DNA of 63,148 nt, the filler included, from Octopus bimaculoides (taxonomy: Eukaryota), in the NCBI RefSeq assembly GCF_001194135.2. It is 5 parts of 4 records of this genome, joined end to end, with 100 filler letters (N's around TTAATTAATTAA, not from the genome) between each part and the next. Parts side by side here need not be neighbours in the genome. Positions count along the whole stretch, not along the records: positions 1 to 21,090 come from NC_068986.1; 4 more parts are not named here. One strand, 5' to 3'. Positions within the stretch are counted from its first letter, which is position 1. Each line of letters opens with the position of its first letter. The notes under the pieces were generated by a model that was given only the letters and a program-made list of their open reading frames with translations, was not told the DNA's origin and did not search any database. Of this stretch, positions 1 through 11,933 are shown piece by piece. The translations under genes and the position numbers were made by a program.

Positions 1-434
1 CTCGTCCTCCACATCCTCCACGTCCTCTACGTCCTCCTCGTCCTCCTCGTTGTCCTCCTTCTCGTCGTCGTCGTCGTCGTCATCATCCTCAACATCATCA
101 ATATCGATGGTTACCACTGAGGACAATTTATTTTGTGAAGTAGGCCAGAACGAAGGGAGAAAGATATAACTCTGCAATTTGGGTTATTGTTTTAGGCATT
201 CTCCTTTCTAAATACACTCACACACATCCACACACACGTACCCATATACTCACACACACACACGTGCACACCCACACACACATACACACTCACACTGACA
301 GGCACACACACATATACATATATGATAGAAAAATACATAGGACACCACAAAGGGCCATAAAGATGGCATCATATAATTACTTTTACACACAGGCACACTA
401 AAATGTGAAGAATCAAAAATCTTCGCATACACAT

Positions 435-439
<5 letters not shown>

Positions 440-473
<34 letters not shown>

Positions 474-607
474 CCACACATGCTCATATACACACATACA
501 TAATTATACACGCTCACATACTCATATATAGACATATATAAAAGTTACCTTCTTTCATACAAAGAAATAAACATATATTTGGTATACATACAAATATAGA
601 TGCACAT

Positions 608-681
<74 letters not shown>

Positions 682-1156
682 ATACACACACAAAAACACA
701 CAAAAACACACATACATATGTATATATATACATGTATATATACCGATACATAAGCATACGTATGTATGTATGTATGCATGCATGTATGTATGGGTGAATG
801 GATGTATGCATGTATGTATGTAAGTATGTATGTATCTATCTATTCCTCTTTCTCCTTCTTTCACTCCTTCCCTCTCACCTGTTCCCTTTCCTCTCTCTCT
901 CTCTCCCTTTCTACACACACACAAATACACACACATACATTATGTATATCTATCTATCTATCTATATACATGTATATATACCTATACAAATATATGCATT
1001 TATATATGTATCTCTCTCTCTCTCTCTCTCTCTCTGTCTGTCTCTACTCTCTCTCTGTCTCTACTCTCTCTCTATCTATGTACATATCTAGTTATCTATC
1101 TCTCCATCCGTCTTTCACTCCCTTCTCCTCCTCTCTCTCTATGTATACATATGCAT

Positions 1157-1198
<42 letters not shown>

Positions 1199-1281
1199 GC
1201 ATATCTGTATGTATGTATCTATCTATCTCCTTTCTCTATCTCTCTCTCTCCCCTGTTTCCTTTCCTCTCTCTCTCTCTCTC

Positions 1282-1316
<35 letters not shown>

Positions 1317-1335
1317 ACACACACACACACACAGA
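440..1335. repeat. Compound microsatellite field (CA)n/(TATG)n/(CT)n/(TA)n, representative of many in the window
   Basis: Directly visible. Similar fields occur at about 4040-4130, 8277-8420, 13205-13520, 19600-20200, 21425-21600, 51200-51275, 53520-53700, 60666-60960 and 61468-61610. Confidence 0.98.
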
Positions 1336-1787
1336 CACACACAGCACAAACGAGTACATTAGGCCATAAAAGGCTGGTTGCACGGAAAACGTTACGTGTC
1401 GGTTGGCAATTGTGGTTAGCGCATATATAGATATCAAAGAATATATATTTATCACATGTGCTAGTGTGATAAACAGTCGATTGATTGAACATTCATGACC
1501 AGAAGCAGCCATCAAATGGAGATTAGTCGTATTGAGATCAAGGGAAGGCCAAGTGGCGATTGTGTCGTTCCTGAATTTCTGTTAGAGTATTATATAAGGA
1601 AATTGAATGAGCTTCACCCGACCGGGATTGGAAACGCATACATTTATATATACATATGCATATACATCTCCATATTTATGGACACACGCGGGCGCACACA
1701 CACACACACATAGACACACACAAACGCGCGTAAACACAATTTGATTCAACGTCATGCAACTAATTATATAAATACATACATATATAC

Positions 1788-1827
<40 letters not shown>

Positions 1828-2087
1828 NNNNNNNNNNNNNNNNNNNNNNNNNNNNNNNNNNNNNNNNNNNNNNNNNNNNNNNNNNNNNNNNNNNNNNNNN
1901 NNNNNNNNNNNNNNNNNNNNNNNNNNNNNNNNNNNNNNNNNNNNNNNNNNNNNNNNNNNNNNNNNNNNNNNNNNNNNNNNNNNNNNNNNNNNNNNNNNNN
2001 NNNNNNNNNNNNNNNNNNNNNNNNNNNNNNNNNNNNNNNNNNNNNNNNNNNNNNNNNNNNNNNNNNNNNNNNNNNNNNNNNNNNNNN

Positions 2088-2133
<46 letters not shown>

Positions 2134-2310
2134 CATATATACAGATACACGCATACCCCCATATATATGCATATATATATGTAATATATATAAATACAGA
2201 TACACATACACACACACATACACACACATATATATATATATACATATATGTATATATAGGTATGTGTATATGTACATATATAGAGATACACAAATACATA
2301 TACAAATATT

Positions 2311-2696
2311 CATCGTGTCACTCCATCGGTTACGACGACGGGGGTTCCAGTTGATCTGATCAACGGAACAGCCTGCTCGTGAAATTAACGTGCAAGTGGC
2401 TGAACACTCCCCAGACACGTGCACCGTTAGCGTAGTTCTTGTCGAGATTCAGCGTGACACAGAGTATGACAAGGGTGGCCCCTTTGAAATACAGGTATAA
2501 CAGAAACAGGAAGAAAGAGTGAGAGAAAGTTGTGGTGAAAGAGTACAGCAGGGTTCGCCATCACTCACTGCCGGAGCCTCGTGGAGATTTAGGTGTTTTC
2601 GCTCAATAAACACTCACAAGGCCCGGTCTGGGAATCGAAACCGCGATTCTAAGTCCGCGAGTCCACCGCTGTAACCAGTGGGCCATTGCACCTCCA
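2311..2696 (-). mobile_element. tRNA-derived SINE, family C
   Basis: Head GGAGGTGCAATGGCCCACTGGTTA...GGTTTCGATTCCCAGACCGGG. The 3' block GAGCAGGCTGTTCCGTTGATC..GTCGTAACCGA is shared with 39275-39600. Confidence 0.85.
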
Positions 2697-3131
2697 CAGG
2701 AATATACATATTTCTGTGTACACCCCTCCCCCATATAAACTCTCGTATATATATGCATACATAGATGCATATTTGTGGATGAGCATGGTTCGATAACGAG
2801 GACTCAGTGTTTCGCTGAACTGAATTGCCTGCTCCTGAAGTGACTGAGTATACCAAAGGTATGTGCCCCTTTAATGCAAGCCTTAGAGAGAACCTGTGTC
2901 AACCCACCCCATTTCTTTCACAAGGAATGACTCGACCTGTTGTTATAGAAAATGAAATTTGCTCACAATCAGCGATGCAAGATCGATATTAGTTTCAAAT
3001 GTTTACAGTAGACCAGCAATCGGAAGGGAAGAGTTAAATTGATCCCTTCGACCCCTTTGTCCAGAGAAATGGCTAAAATTTGCCCTCTTTATAATTATAA
3101 CATATGATATGATATGATATATATATATATA

Positions 3132-3256
3132 CGTCTACCACATCTACTCACAACGCTTTGGTCGGCCCGAGGCTATAGTACAAGACACTTGCCCAAGATG
3201 CCACGCAGTGGGACTGAACCTGGAAACATGTGGTTGGGAAGCAAGTTTTGTTCCGC

Positions 3257-3258
<2 letters not shown>
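3132..3258 (-). mobile_element. tRNA-derived SINE, family B head
   Basis: Reverse complement of GGTTCAGTCCCACTGCGTGGCATCTTGGGCAAGTGTCTT..CTATAGCCTCGGGCCGACC. Confidence 0.88.
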
Positions 3259-3305
<47 letters not shown>

Positions 3306-3309
<4 letters not shown>

Positions 3310-3639
3310 TTAAGGAATGGAGAAAACGCATGTTATAACTGCATGCTTTATTCCGACATATGTTTCGAAGAATTACAATTTACGCGATCCATAGGAATCG
3401 GCGATGTTAAAAATGTAAACTTCTCCTCAGGGAAATGTATGGGAATCATCTTAAACATAAGACATTATGACCGGTCATAATGTCTTATGTTTAAGATGAT
3501 TCCCATAAATTTCCCTGAGGAGAAGTTTACATTTTTAACATCGCCGATTCCTATGGATCGCATAAATTGTAATTCTTCGAAACATATGTCGGAATAAAGC
3601 ATGCAGTTATAACATGCGTTTTCTCCATTCCTTAAATTT
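3306..3639. repeat. Spacerless 334-bp palindrome (167-bp arms, 2 mismatches)
   Basis: Centre ATGACC|GGTCAT between 3472 and 3473. Position i pairs with 6945-i. Mismatches are C3383/A3562 and G3437/A3508. Confidence 0.97.
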
Positions 3640-4069
3640 TTAAATATACTCAAATACCCAAAATATCAAGGAGTTTCTGCCTCACTAACAGGAATTACAC
3701 CACAGTTATTTTGTGATCTTTGCTACCTTGGTTTCTATTAACCCATTTATTCTATCCGAATTATTATTTATTAGGATAGAATAAATACATATAATTAAAT
3801 ATCTATATATATATATATATATTTCCCTTATTGCCATCCTTAAGGCAGTGGACCTTATTTTGGATGAGCAATTCGTAGTGCAATTTAATTTCAAAAATTC
3901 TGCGTGTTTTCTATATTAAACTCAGCTAACTCTCATTGTGTTTACATACATATATACGTACGTGTAAATATTTTAATGAAAGTATATGCCTATATATTTA
4001 TATATATATACATACATATCCACAAACCTATATATATAATGTATGTATGTATGTATGTATGTATGTATG

Positions 4070-4133
<64 letters not shown>

Positions 4134-4487
4134 ATTGTAGATGTTTGCATATATGTAGATTCGTTAAATATGAAAATATATATATGAAAAAAAAAAAATT
4201 CTGTCCGACAATTGTCTTCTTTGTCACTTGATTACGACTATACATTTGGGTCTGTTTTTAATATTCTTACTTTTGGGTTCGAGTATTATTCCATTTAGAA
4301 CGAATATAAAATGGAAAGAATGGACGCATGCTACTTTGCATGGCATAAATATTATAAATCGATAGCCAGAGTCAACATAATTCCTTGCCTTCTCCGATTC
4401 AATTCTGTTGGTCTATATAATAATCAACCGATATTGTTATAGCAATTGCCGAGAGATTAATACATATATATGTGTGTATGTGTATGT

Positions 4488-4542
<55 letters not shown>

Positions 4543-4962
4543 NNNNNNNNNNNNNNNNNNNNNNNNNNNNNNNNNNNNNNNNNNNNNNNNNNNNNNNNNN
4601 NNNNNNNNNNNNNNNNNNNNNNNNNNNNNNNNNNNNNNNNNNNNNNNNNNNNNNNNNNNNNNNNNNNNNNNNNNNNNNNNNNNNNNNNNNNNNNNNNNNN
4701 NNNNNNNNNNNNNNNNNNNNNNNNNNNNNNNNNNNNNNNNNNNNNNNNNNNNNNNNNNNNNNNNNNNNNNNNNNNNNNNNNNNNNNNNNNNNNNNNNNNN
4801 NNNNNNNNNNNNNNNNNNNNNNNNNNNNNNNNNNNNNNNNNNNNNNNNNNNNNNNNNNNNNNNNNNNNNNNNNNNNNNNNNNNNNNNNNNNNNNNNNNNN
4901 NNTATATATATATACATATGTGTTTGTGTGTTTGCATGAGTGTGTGGGTATGTGTGTGTGTG

Positions 4963-5008
<46 letters not shown>

Positions 5009-5397
5009 TGTGAGTGTGTGTGTCATAAAACCAAGCCCTTTTCTGTTGGCTGTGGCTTACGTGTTGTAGAAGCTAATAAATACGTGTACTAATAAATACT
5101 CAGAGTTAATTGTTTTGGTTCGTACGATCGAATTTAAGCAGAGTAGCAGAAATATTACTTTTTCTTTAAGAATTGTTCAATTCTTGTAAACATGATTTTG
5201 GAGTCATTCTCATTGTGTCGCTGCACCTTGAGCAAATTTCTTTACTATTAGCTACAGGTCTGAGAAATATATTCTAAATGAATTTGGTTGACGGTAAATG
5301 TCTTGAAGCCTATCGTGTCTGCTTCTCTGTCTCTCTATGTATTTGCAGGTATGCACACATACACACACATGCGCACATGCACGCACACATCTACAAA

Positions 5398-5444
<47 letters not shown>

Positions 5445-6314
5445 ATATACATTATCTATAATGCATATATTACACACACAGACATGCACACATACATACA
5501 CACAACACACACACACACATACATATATATATAACGGGAAAACAAGAAGAAGAAAACGGGCATCTTTCTTTGTTTTTCCCCCAATATTGTTAATTTCAAT
5601 AATCCGTAACATACACCAATGACTTTCGCATTATATGATGGGATTAAACCAGTGGAATACTTTGGATTATATAATCCATAATGAGGATAATGAGGGGGGG
5701 GGGGGACAAACATAGACACACATAAGTATATCAAAAGGATGTATTATAATACTATTTCACAGCCATACCAACAATACAGTAATACCAATCCACCTATACA
5801 AAAACAGCCATACCAACAATCCAACATATCTACATCATCAGCTGCCCCACGGATATCATTATGGTTTTGACACCGGGGCAGTACCATTCAATCCGGTGGT
5901 GTCAACAGCACTAAAATAAGTGGTGTTTGGGAACAAGCAAATCACAGAAACCACAAATATCATTCAACTACGACCGTAGTTGAATAATATTCTTAAGGTT
6001 GCAAAAATGAAAGGACAAAGAATATAAAATGAAAGAACTAAAAGCAAAAGAAAAAACAGGAAGACATTTTTTTGTTTTCTTTATATTTTCTATTCATTAT
6101 TCTCTATTTTTTCTTTCTTCTTCTTCTACCATCCCTAAAATCTGTCTCAAAACAATACAGTAAGTAGTAAACAAGCTTTTAACCCTTTTTTCTTTTTTTT
6201 TTTGTCACTCCTTAAAAAGACCAATTCAATACAATGGCCCTTCTCTCTCTCTTCTACCACATCCATCTCTCTATCTGTCTGACTATCAGTCTATCTATCT
6301 ATATCTCTATCTGC

Positions 6315-6386
<72 letters not shown>

Positions 6387-7769
6387 TTGCTTATACATCT
6401 TCCATTGTCTCCAAAGCTTCACCCCCAAAAAACAAAAAACAAAAGCAAAACAATGTTCTGTTATAAACAAAACCCCCCAAAACACCTGTTTTTATATAAA
6501 TAAGCTAGATCTCTGTATTTTCACAGTTATATTTGACAAGTTCGAAAGACGAACGAAAGCGCTAATATATGTATAAAATAAATGAAAGAAGTTATTCCAA
6601 AATTCTGACGACTTTTTTTTTTTCAATATATATATATATATATATATGCGTGCGTGTGTGCGTGTCTTTGTCACCCATCTCCACAAATACTGATGGTGAT
6701 ATGCTTTTATTCACATAACTCCATCGCTTTGCGGTTCGACATGATTGGCGTCTGGAGTAAATATTAGAATTAAAATGCATGTTGTGGCTGAAATATTCAA
6801 CTAAATTCTTCAAAGCAGTGCTCCAGCAAGGCTGCACTTCATTGACAAACTTATAATAGCAGCAATATTAGAATAAAAGCTTGGATTAGTCCTCTATCTG
6901 CCGAAATTATTGATCATGTAAACATACACCTCACACACATACGCACACGCACACATGCTCATACACGCATACACACACATACACGCACGCACACGCCCAC
7001 ATATATATATACACACATACATACACACATATATATATACGAGCATGCGCAGACGCACACACTCTTCTGATTGTTCGTTATAGTCAATACATTTCTATAT
7101 ATTTTCATCCACATGACCTCAGTATGTAATGTTGGCAATGCAAGACCTCTTTTTGGTGCTACCGATAAAAGATTTATGACCATTCTTCATCGTCGTGTTT
7201 CGCTGTGGCACCAACCATGTTTCATTGAAAGATTAAAAGACGATATGCAGCATTGATTGGTCTACAGGTAGAAGCAACGTCACGTTGAGCAAAAAATGCA
7301 TCGCTGTCTTTAATTGTTGTTCTTTATGTTCGGAGATAATCTCCATTCAGGTCAAAACTGTCTTTTTACCATAAAACAAGAAATGGATTGAAATTTATCG
7401 ACTTTACTTTCTCGTTTGAAATACTGGAAAGTGTGTTGAATGTAGGAGTTAATAACCTGTGCATACGCTTTTTATCTTTTATCCTGTCTCAATCATCGGA
7501 CAGTGGCCATTTTGGGGGCATCACCCTGATGTGTTTCAATCGAATAAATTGATCCTAGATTTTACATTTTGTGAAGTCTGGTACTTATGCTACTTCCTTA
7601 TGCTACTTATGCTACTTATGCTACTTCCACAAAGTTCTTCCTTTGTGGAACTTCGAAGTTACTCGGATATAAAGAAACCAATGCCATCGGTCAGATTGGT
7701 GTGGCAAACAGACACAGATACACACACACACTCACACACTCTTACACACATATGTGCACTTACACAAAT

Positions 7770-7935
7770 ATATGCGACGGGCTTCCACGACGATTCCACC
7801 TACCAGATCCATTTACAATGCAGAGGTCAGCCCGGAGCTATTGTAGTAGACACCTTCCCGAGATGCCATGATGTGGGACTAAAACCGGGCCCACATGGTT
7901 GCCAAACCAGCTTCTTAACCACGCCGCCATGCCTG
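7770..7935 (-). mobile_element. SINE family B head (diverged)
   Basis: Same head as the 3132 copy, ending CCATGCCTG. Confidence 0.75.
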
Positions 7936-8524
7936 AGGTTTCGATGATATTCCGATTGAATATGTAATTAGAAGATTGTTAATTTGTTGCTCAGTTAGCA
8001 ATGTTTATTTACATAAATTTCTTCGAGTTTTACAGTCTGACAGTTCACTTCTATTATATGTTATTCTCTTATTTCAAGATAATTCAAAACGGTAGCGTCC
8101 ACGAATATGCTTAATGTTGCATGAAACAGCTTGAATAAAATATATTCATGTAAAGTCATGTTCAATACGTTCGATTGCAATCGGATGTGATGAAGCATAT
8201 CGCTGCAGAAATAGCAGCTTGTGAGTGACGTTCTTATATCATAGTACGTATGCATTTCTGCGTCGTTCCGCTTCGTCAGCAGCAAAACCATCAGCACCAG
8301 CACCAGAACCAGCAGCAGCAGCAGCAGCAGCAGCACCACCACCACCACCACCACCACCACCACCACCACCACCAATAACAACAACAAATAAACAACAACA
8401 ACACATAAACAACAACAACAATAACAATGATATGGTAGCGTAGGCTGCAGGTAGCAAGTCCGCCACACATGCAAGCCTCCAGGAGTTCCAATAAAACCTG
8501 AGATAAAATACTGATAATAATAAT

Positions 8525-8739
8525 GGTTTCAAATTTTGCCACAATGGCAGCAATTTTGAGGGAGGGAATGAGTCGATTAAATCGACCTCAGTGTTCAACT
8601 AGTACTTATCTTATCGACCCCGAAAAGATGGAAGGCAAACTCGACGTCGGCGGCATTTGAACTCAGAACGGAGCGACTGTCGAAATACCGCTAAATATTT
8701 TGGTCTAGCGTGCTAATGATTTAGCCAGCTCACCGCCTT
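8525..8739 (-). mobile_element. tRNA-derived SINE, family A
   Basis: Head AAGGCGGTGAGCTGGC..., B-box-like GTTCTGAGTTCAAAT, core TTTCGGGGTCGATAA..AAGTAC. About 11 copies in the window. Confidence 0.85.
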
Positions 8740-8746
8740 ATATAAT

Positions 8747-8812
<66 letters not shown>

Positions 8813-8904
8813 AATAATAATAATAATAAATGCCCAGATGCAATATCTGGAAGTGGCTCTCATGTCTTTCGTTCTTAATTGATTGGAAGTGTTATCATGT
8901 AAAT

Positions 8905-9350
8905 TGTCTTGTCTTGGTATAAAAAGATGGGCTACAGCAAATATTCTGCTCAATACCACAGATTTGCTTGTCAGTTGTTTGACCTTAACCAGTTGAGCAT
9001 GTCCCTTAGTGGCTGACGATATGTGCATCTCTGATCATGAGCAGAAGTAATGGGGGAGCATCATAGCCATGTGTTGAGAGGAATTCTTTGGGGTTTGGAT
9101 AATTCAGCTTTGGAAAGATGGGTGCTTCGTTCATCATTGGTAAACAACCCTTATTCAAGGACCTTTTGAGTAGGCCCACCTGCAACGTCATGCGCTGTTA
9201 ATCTTGATATGAGGTCATCATGCCGCGCACATATGGTTGTGATGCATGTGCCTGGTGTACCCTTATCAGACGGGTAGTCATGAAGGGTATATTGGGCTTC
9301 GTATATTTTACCCCTGTGTCACTTTGATGGCATGCCCTGCTCTCTCACTC
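8905..9350 (+). mobile_element. Interspersed retroposon-like repeat with (AAT)n tail
   Basis: A non-coding GC-richer block ends CACTTTGATGGCATGCCCTGCTCTCTCACTC directly before (AAT)n. There is a single copy here, so the call rests on the tail structure. Confidence 0.5.
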
Positions 9351-9418
<68 letters not shown>

Positions 9419-9483
9419 TAATAATAATGATAATAATAATAATAATAATTATTATTATTACTATTATTATGATTATGATTATG

Positions 9484-9522
<39 letters not shown>
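9351..9522. repeat. (AAT)n switching to (ATT)n compound microsatellite
   Basis: The strand switch is at about 9449, so the two halves are self-complementary. Confidence 0.95.
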
Positions 9523-9525
<3 letters not shown>

Positions 9526-11159
9526 ATTACTATTATTATGCTACTACAAGTATTAAGGATGCTATCTACGTAATTGCCACTCAAATATAACACACTCACA
9601 CACATACACAGCAAATGCTCCGCAAAATGCAAGTACTCGGATCGGTTCCTTCGATTAAAACACATCAAGGTAATGCCCCCAAAATGGCTGCTGTCCAATG
9701 ACTAAAACAAGATAAAAGATAAACTGCATATGCACCGGTTATTGACTCCCTACATTCGGCACATGTTCAAGAATTTCAAACGAGGAAGTAAAGTTGACCC
9801 CAAAATGCATAGCCCAACCCATGGCCTACACGAAACATATTGTCTTCCACATCTTGTAACTCCTGGAACAATGGCTTGTAAGCGAATATTCACTGGTGTT
9901 AAACGAGAGGATGTCCTTGACAAACCGATCATGTGACTTGAAATAATTTTGATAAATAAATAACACACTCAGCCAAACTACACAACACCGTGGCACTGCA
10001 GTACCCACGCAGCTTTGCACCACACTGTGCCACACAACATGATATTCTAGAACGCCAACCCACATTGCACTGCTCCATACTGCTTCCTACTGTACAAAGC
10101 AAACAAAACATCACTACATCTCACCGCAGTACGCCATGGCACGGCACAGCCATGGCCACGGCACGGCCATGGCACGGCACAGCAGTGCAGACCCAACAGC
10201 TCGCCGCCCAACACTGTATTATGCCGCACTATGCCACGTTAAACTCGACCAGACACCAAACCACCGCCGCAATCAACCACTTCCTCCCCTCTTCACCCGT
10301 TTCACTTAGTTACCTACTGACTTCCTTAAGTTATCGCATAAAAATCTATCCTACGACAAATCGGCCATTATAAAAGAAGTGAAATGCATTGTTAATAGCG
10401 CGGAGATTCTTTGCTGGAGTTGTATGCCAGTCAAAAATAAATCAATACGGAAAGACCAAATAAAATATTGGGACATTTTTGACCTATTCATCTAATATAT
10501 TGCTTTATCTTTCTTCTCGCTTATACTTTCTCGCTTCCTTTACTATTTTCCACAATATTATTCCTTTTCTCATATTTCTCAATTCATATCCTATCCCTTC
10601 TCTTTCAGCCATCTTAGGCCTTTTCAATCACTCTCCTCTCTCGGTTTTTCTCTCTCTCGTTCTCTCATTATTTCTCTCTTTGTCTCCCTCTAACCTTCAA
10701 TTCCTTCTCGTTTTCTTTCCTGTTTTCTATCGTATTATTATTATTGTTCCTTTTATATATATTTTCACTTCACTTTCACTCTTTCTAGGGCTTCTCGCTC
10801 ATTTTCCTCTGTCTATCTTTCTCTTCCTCGCTCTCTCATTATTTCTCGCTTTGTCTGTCTACTGCTCTGTATCTCTGGTTCACAATACCTTCGAGCTTCC
10901 TTTCTTATTTTCCATTATATTATTCCTTTTATACATTTTTCACTTCATATCCTATTCCTTCGCCTTCACTCCTGTTGAGGCTTCTCACTCCTCTCTACCT
11001 ATCTTTCTCTTCCATGTTCCCACATTATTCATTTCTTAGTCTGTCTTTCTCTTTCTCTCCCCCTCTAGCCTTTACTTTCTATTAACTCCTCTCAAATTCC
11101 TTCTCCAACCACTCCCCTTGCTACGTTTCTCCTGCCTTTATTTTATTTCCCCTCTTCTC

Positions 11160-11470
11160 CTCATTCCTTTCCTCCTTCTCTTTCTCTTTCTTTTCTCTCT
11201 CTTTCTCTTTCTTTACTCTCTCTTTCTCTTTCTTTTCTCTCTCTTTCTCTTTCTTGTCTCTCTCTCTTTCTCTTTCTTTTCTCTCTCTTTCTCTTTCTTT
11301 TCTCTCTCTTTCTCTTTCTTTTCTCTCTCTTTCTCTTTCTTATCTCTCTCTTTCTCTTTCTTTTCTCTCTCTTTCTCTTTCTTTTCTCTCTCTTTCTCTT
11401 TCTTTTCTCTCTCTCTTTCTTTTCTCTCTCTTTCTCCCCCTCTATCGTTTCTCTCTCCGTCTCTCCGTCT
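11160..11470. repeat. Polypyrimidine tract containing a 21-bp minisatellite
   Basis: CTCTCTCTTTCTCTTTCTTTT repeated about 7 times (about 11259-11420) in an almost pure C/T tract. Confidence 0.9.
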
Positions 11471-11788
11471 CTCCCTCACTTATCTTCATTCATTTTCCAC
11501 CCGTTTCCCTCTCGATCTCTAAAAAAACCTGTTCCTTTTTTTATTTACTCATTTTATACTATGCCATTATTTTTTGCCTATTCATTATTTTATACCTTAA
11601 TCGTTATACACACGCACAAACTTACGCACATACATACATACACACGCGCATAGCTCACTCACATATATGTACTTGTGTGTGCGTTTTGTATACATACACA
11701 CACACATATTATGTATATATATATACTATATATATCTATGTCAGTATCTGTGTATATTTATGTATATGATACGCATGTATCTATGTAT

Positions 11789-11933
11789 AGGCGCAGGCGT
11801 GGATGTGTGGTAAGAGGTTTGCTTTTCAACTATAAGGTTTCAGGTTCAGTCCCACTGCATAGCATCTTGACCAAATATCTTCTATTATAACCTCGGGCCA
11901 TGCAAAGCTTTGTGAGTGTATTTGGTAGACGGA
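11789..11933 (+). mobile_element. SINE family B head
   Basis: GGCGCAGGCGTGGATGTGTGGTAAG (A-box-like) and GGTTCAGTCCCACTG (B-box-like). Confidence 0.85.

Noticed and set aside
250-2305. Many ORFs of [12 protein letters not shown] and LSLS type (also at 4400-5070, 19580-20235, 39750-40790, 52440-53870, 60018-61061)
   Set aside because: These are translations of dinucleotide and tetranucleotide microsatellites and N-gaps, with no protein signal.
3208-3653. Two ORFs on opposite strands encoding nearly the same 60-aa peptide
   Set aside because: A direct consequence of the DNA palindrome; no recognisable domain or splice signals.
8225-8598. PolyA/polyP/polyG ORFs resembling transcription-factor low-complexity regions
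   Set aside because: (CAG)n(CAC)n(AAC)n compound microsatellite running into a SINE.
11213-11479. (EKKEKER)n ORF resembling a single alpha-helix domain
   Set aside because: Reverse translation of the 21-bp purine minisatellite; no exon context.
10479-11522. 186-aa and 134-aa very hydrophobic ORFs resembling multi-pass membrane proteins
   Set aside because: L/F/S bias comes from a CT-rich strand with internal duplication; no family motifs.
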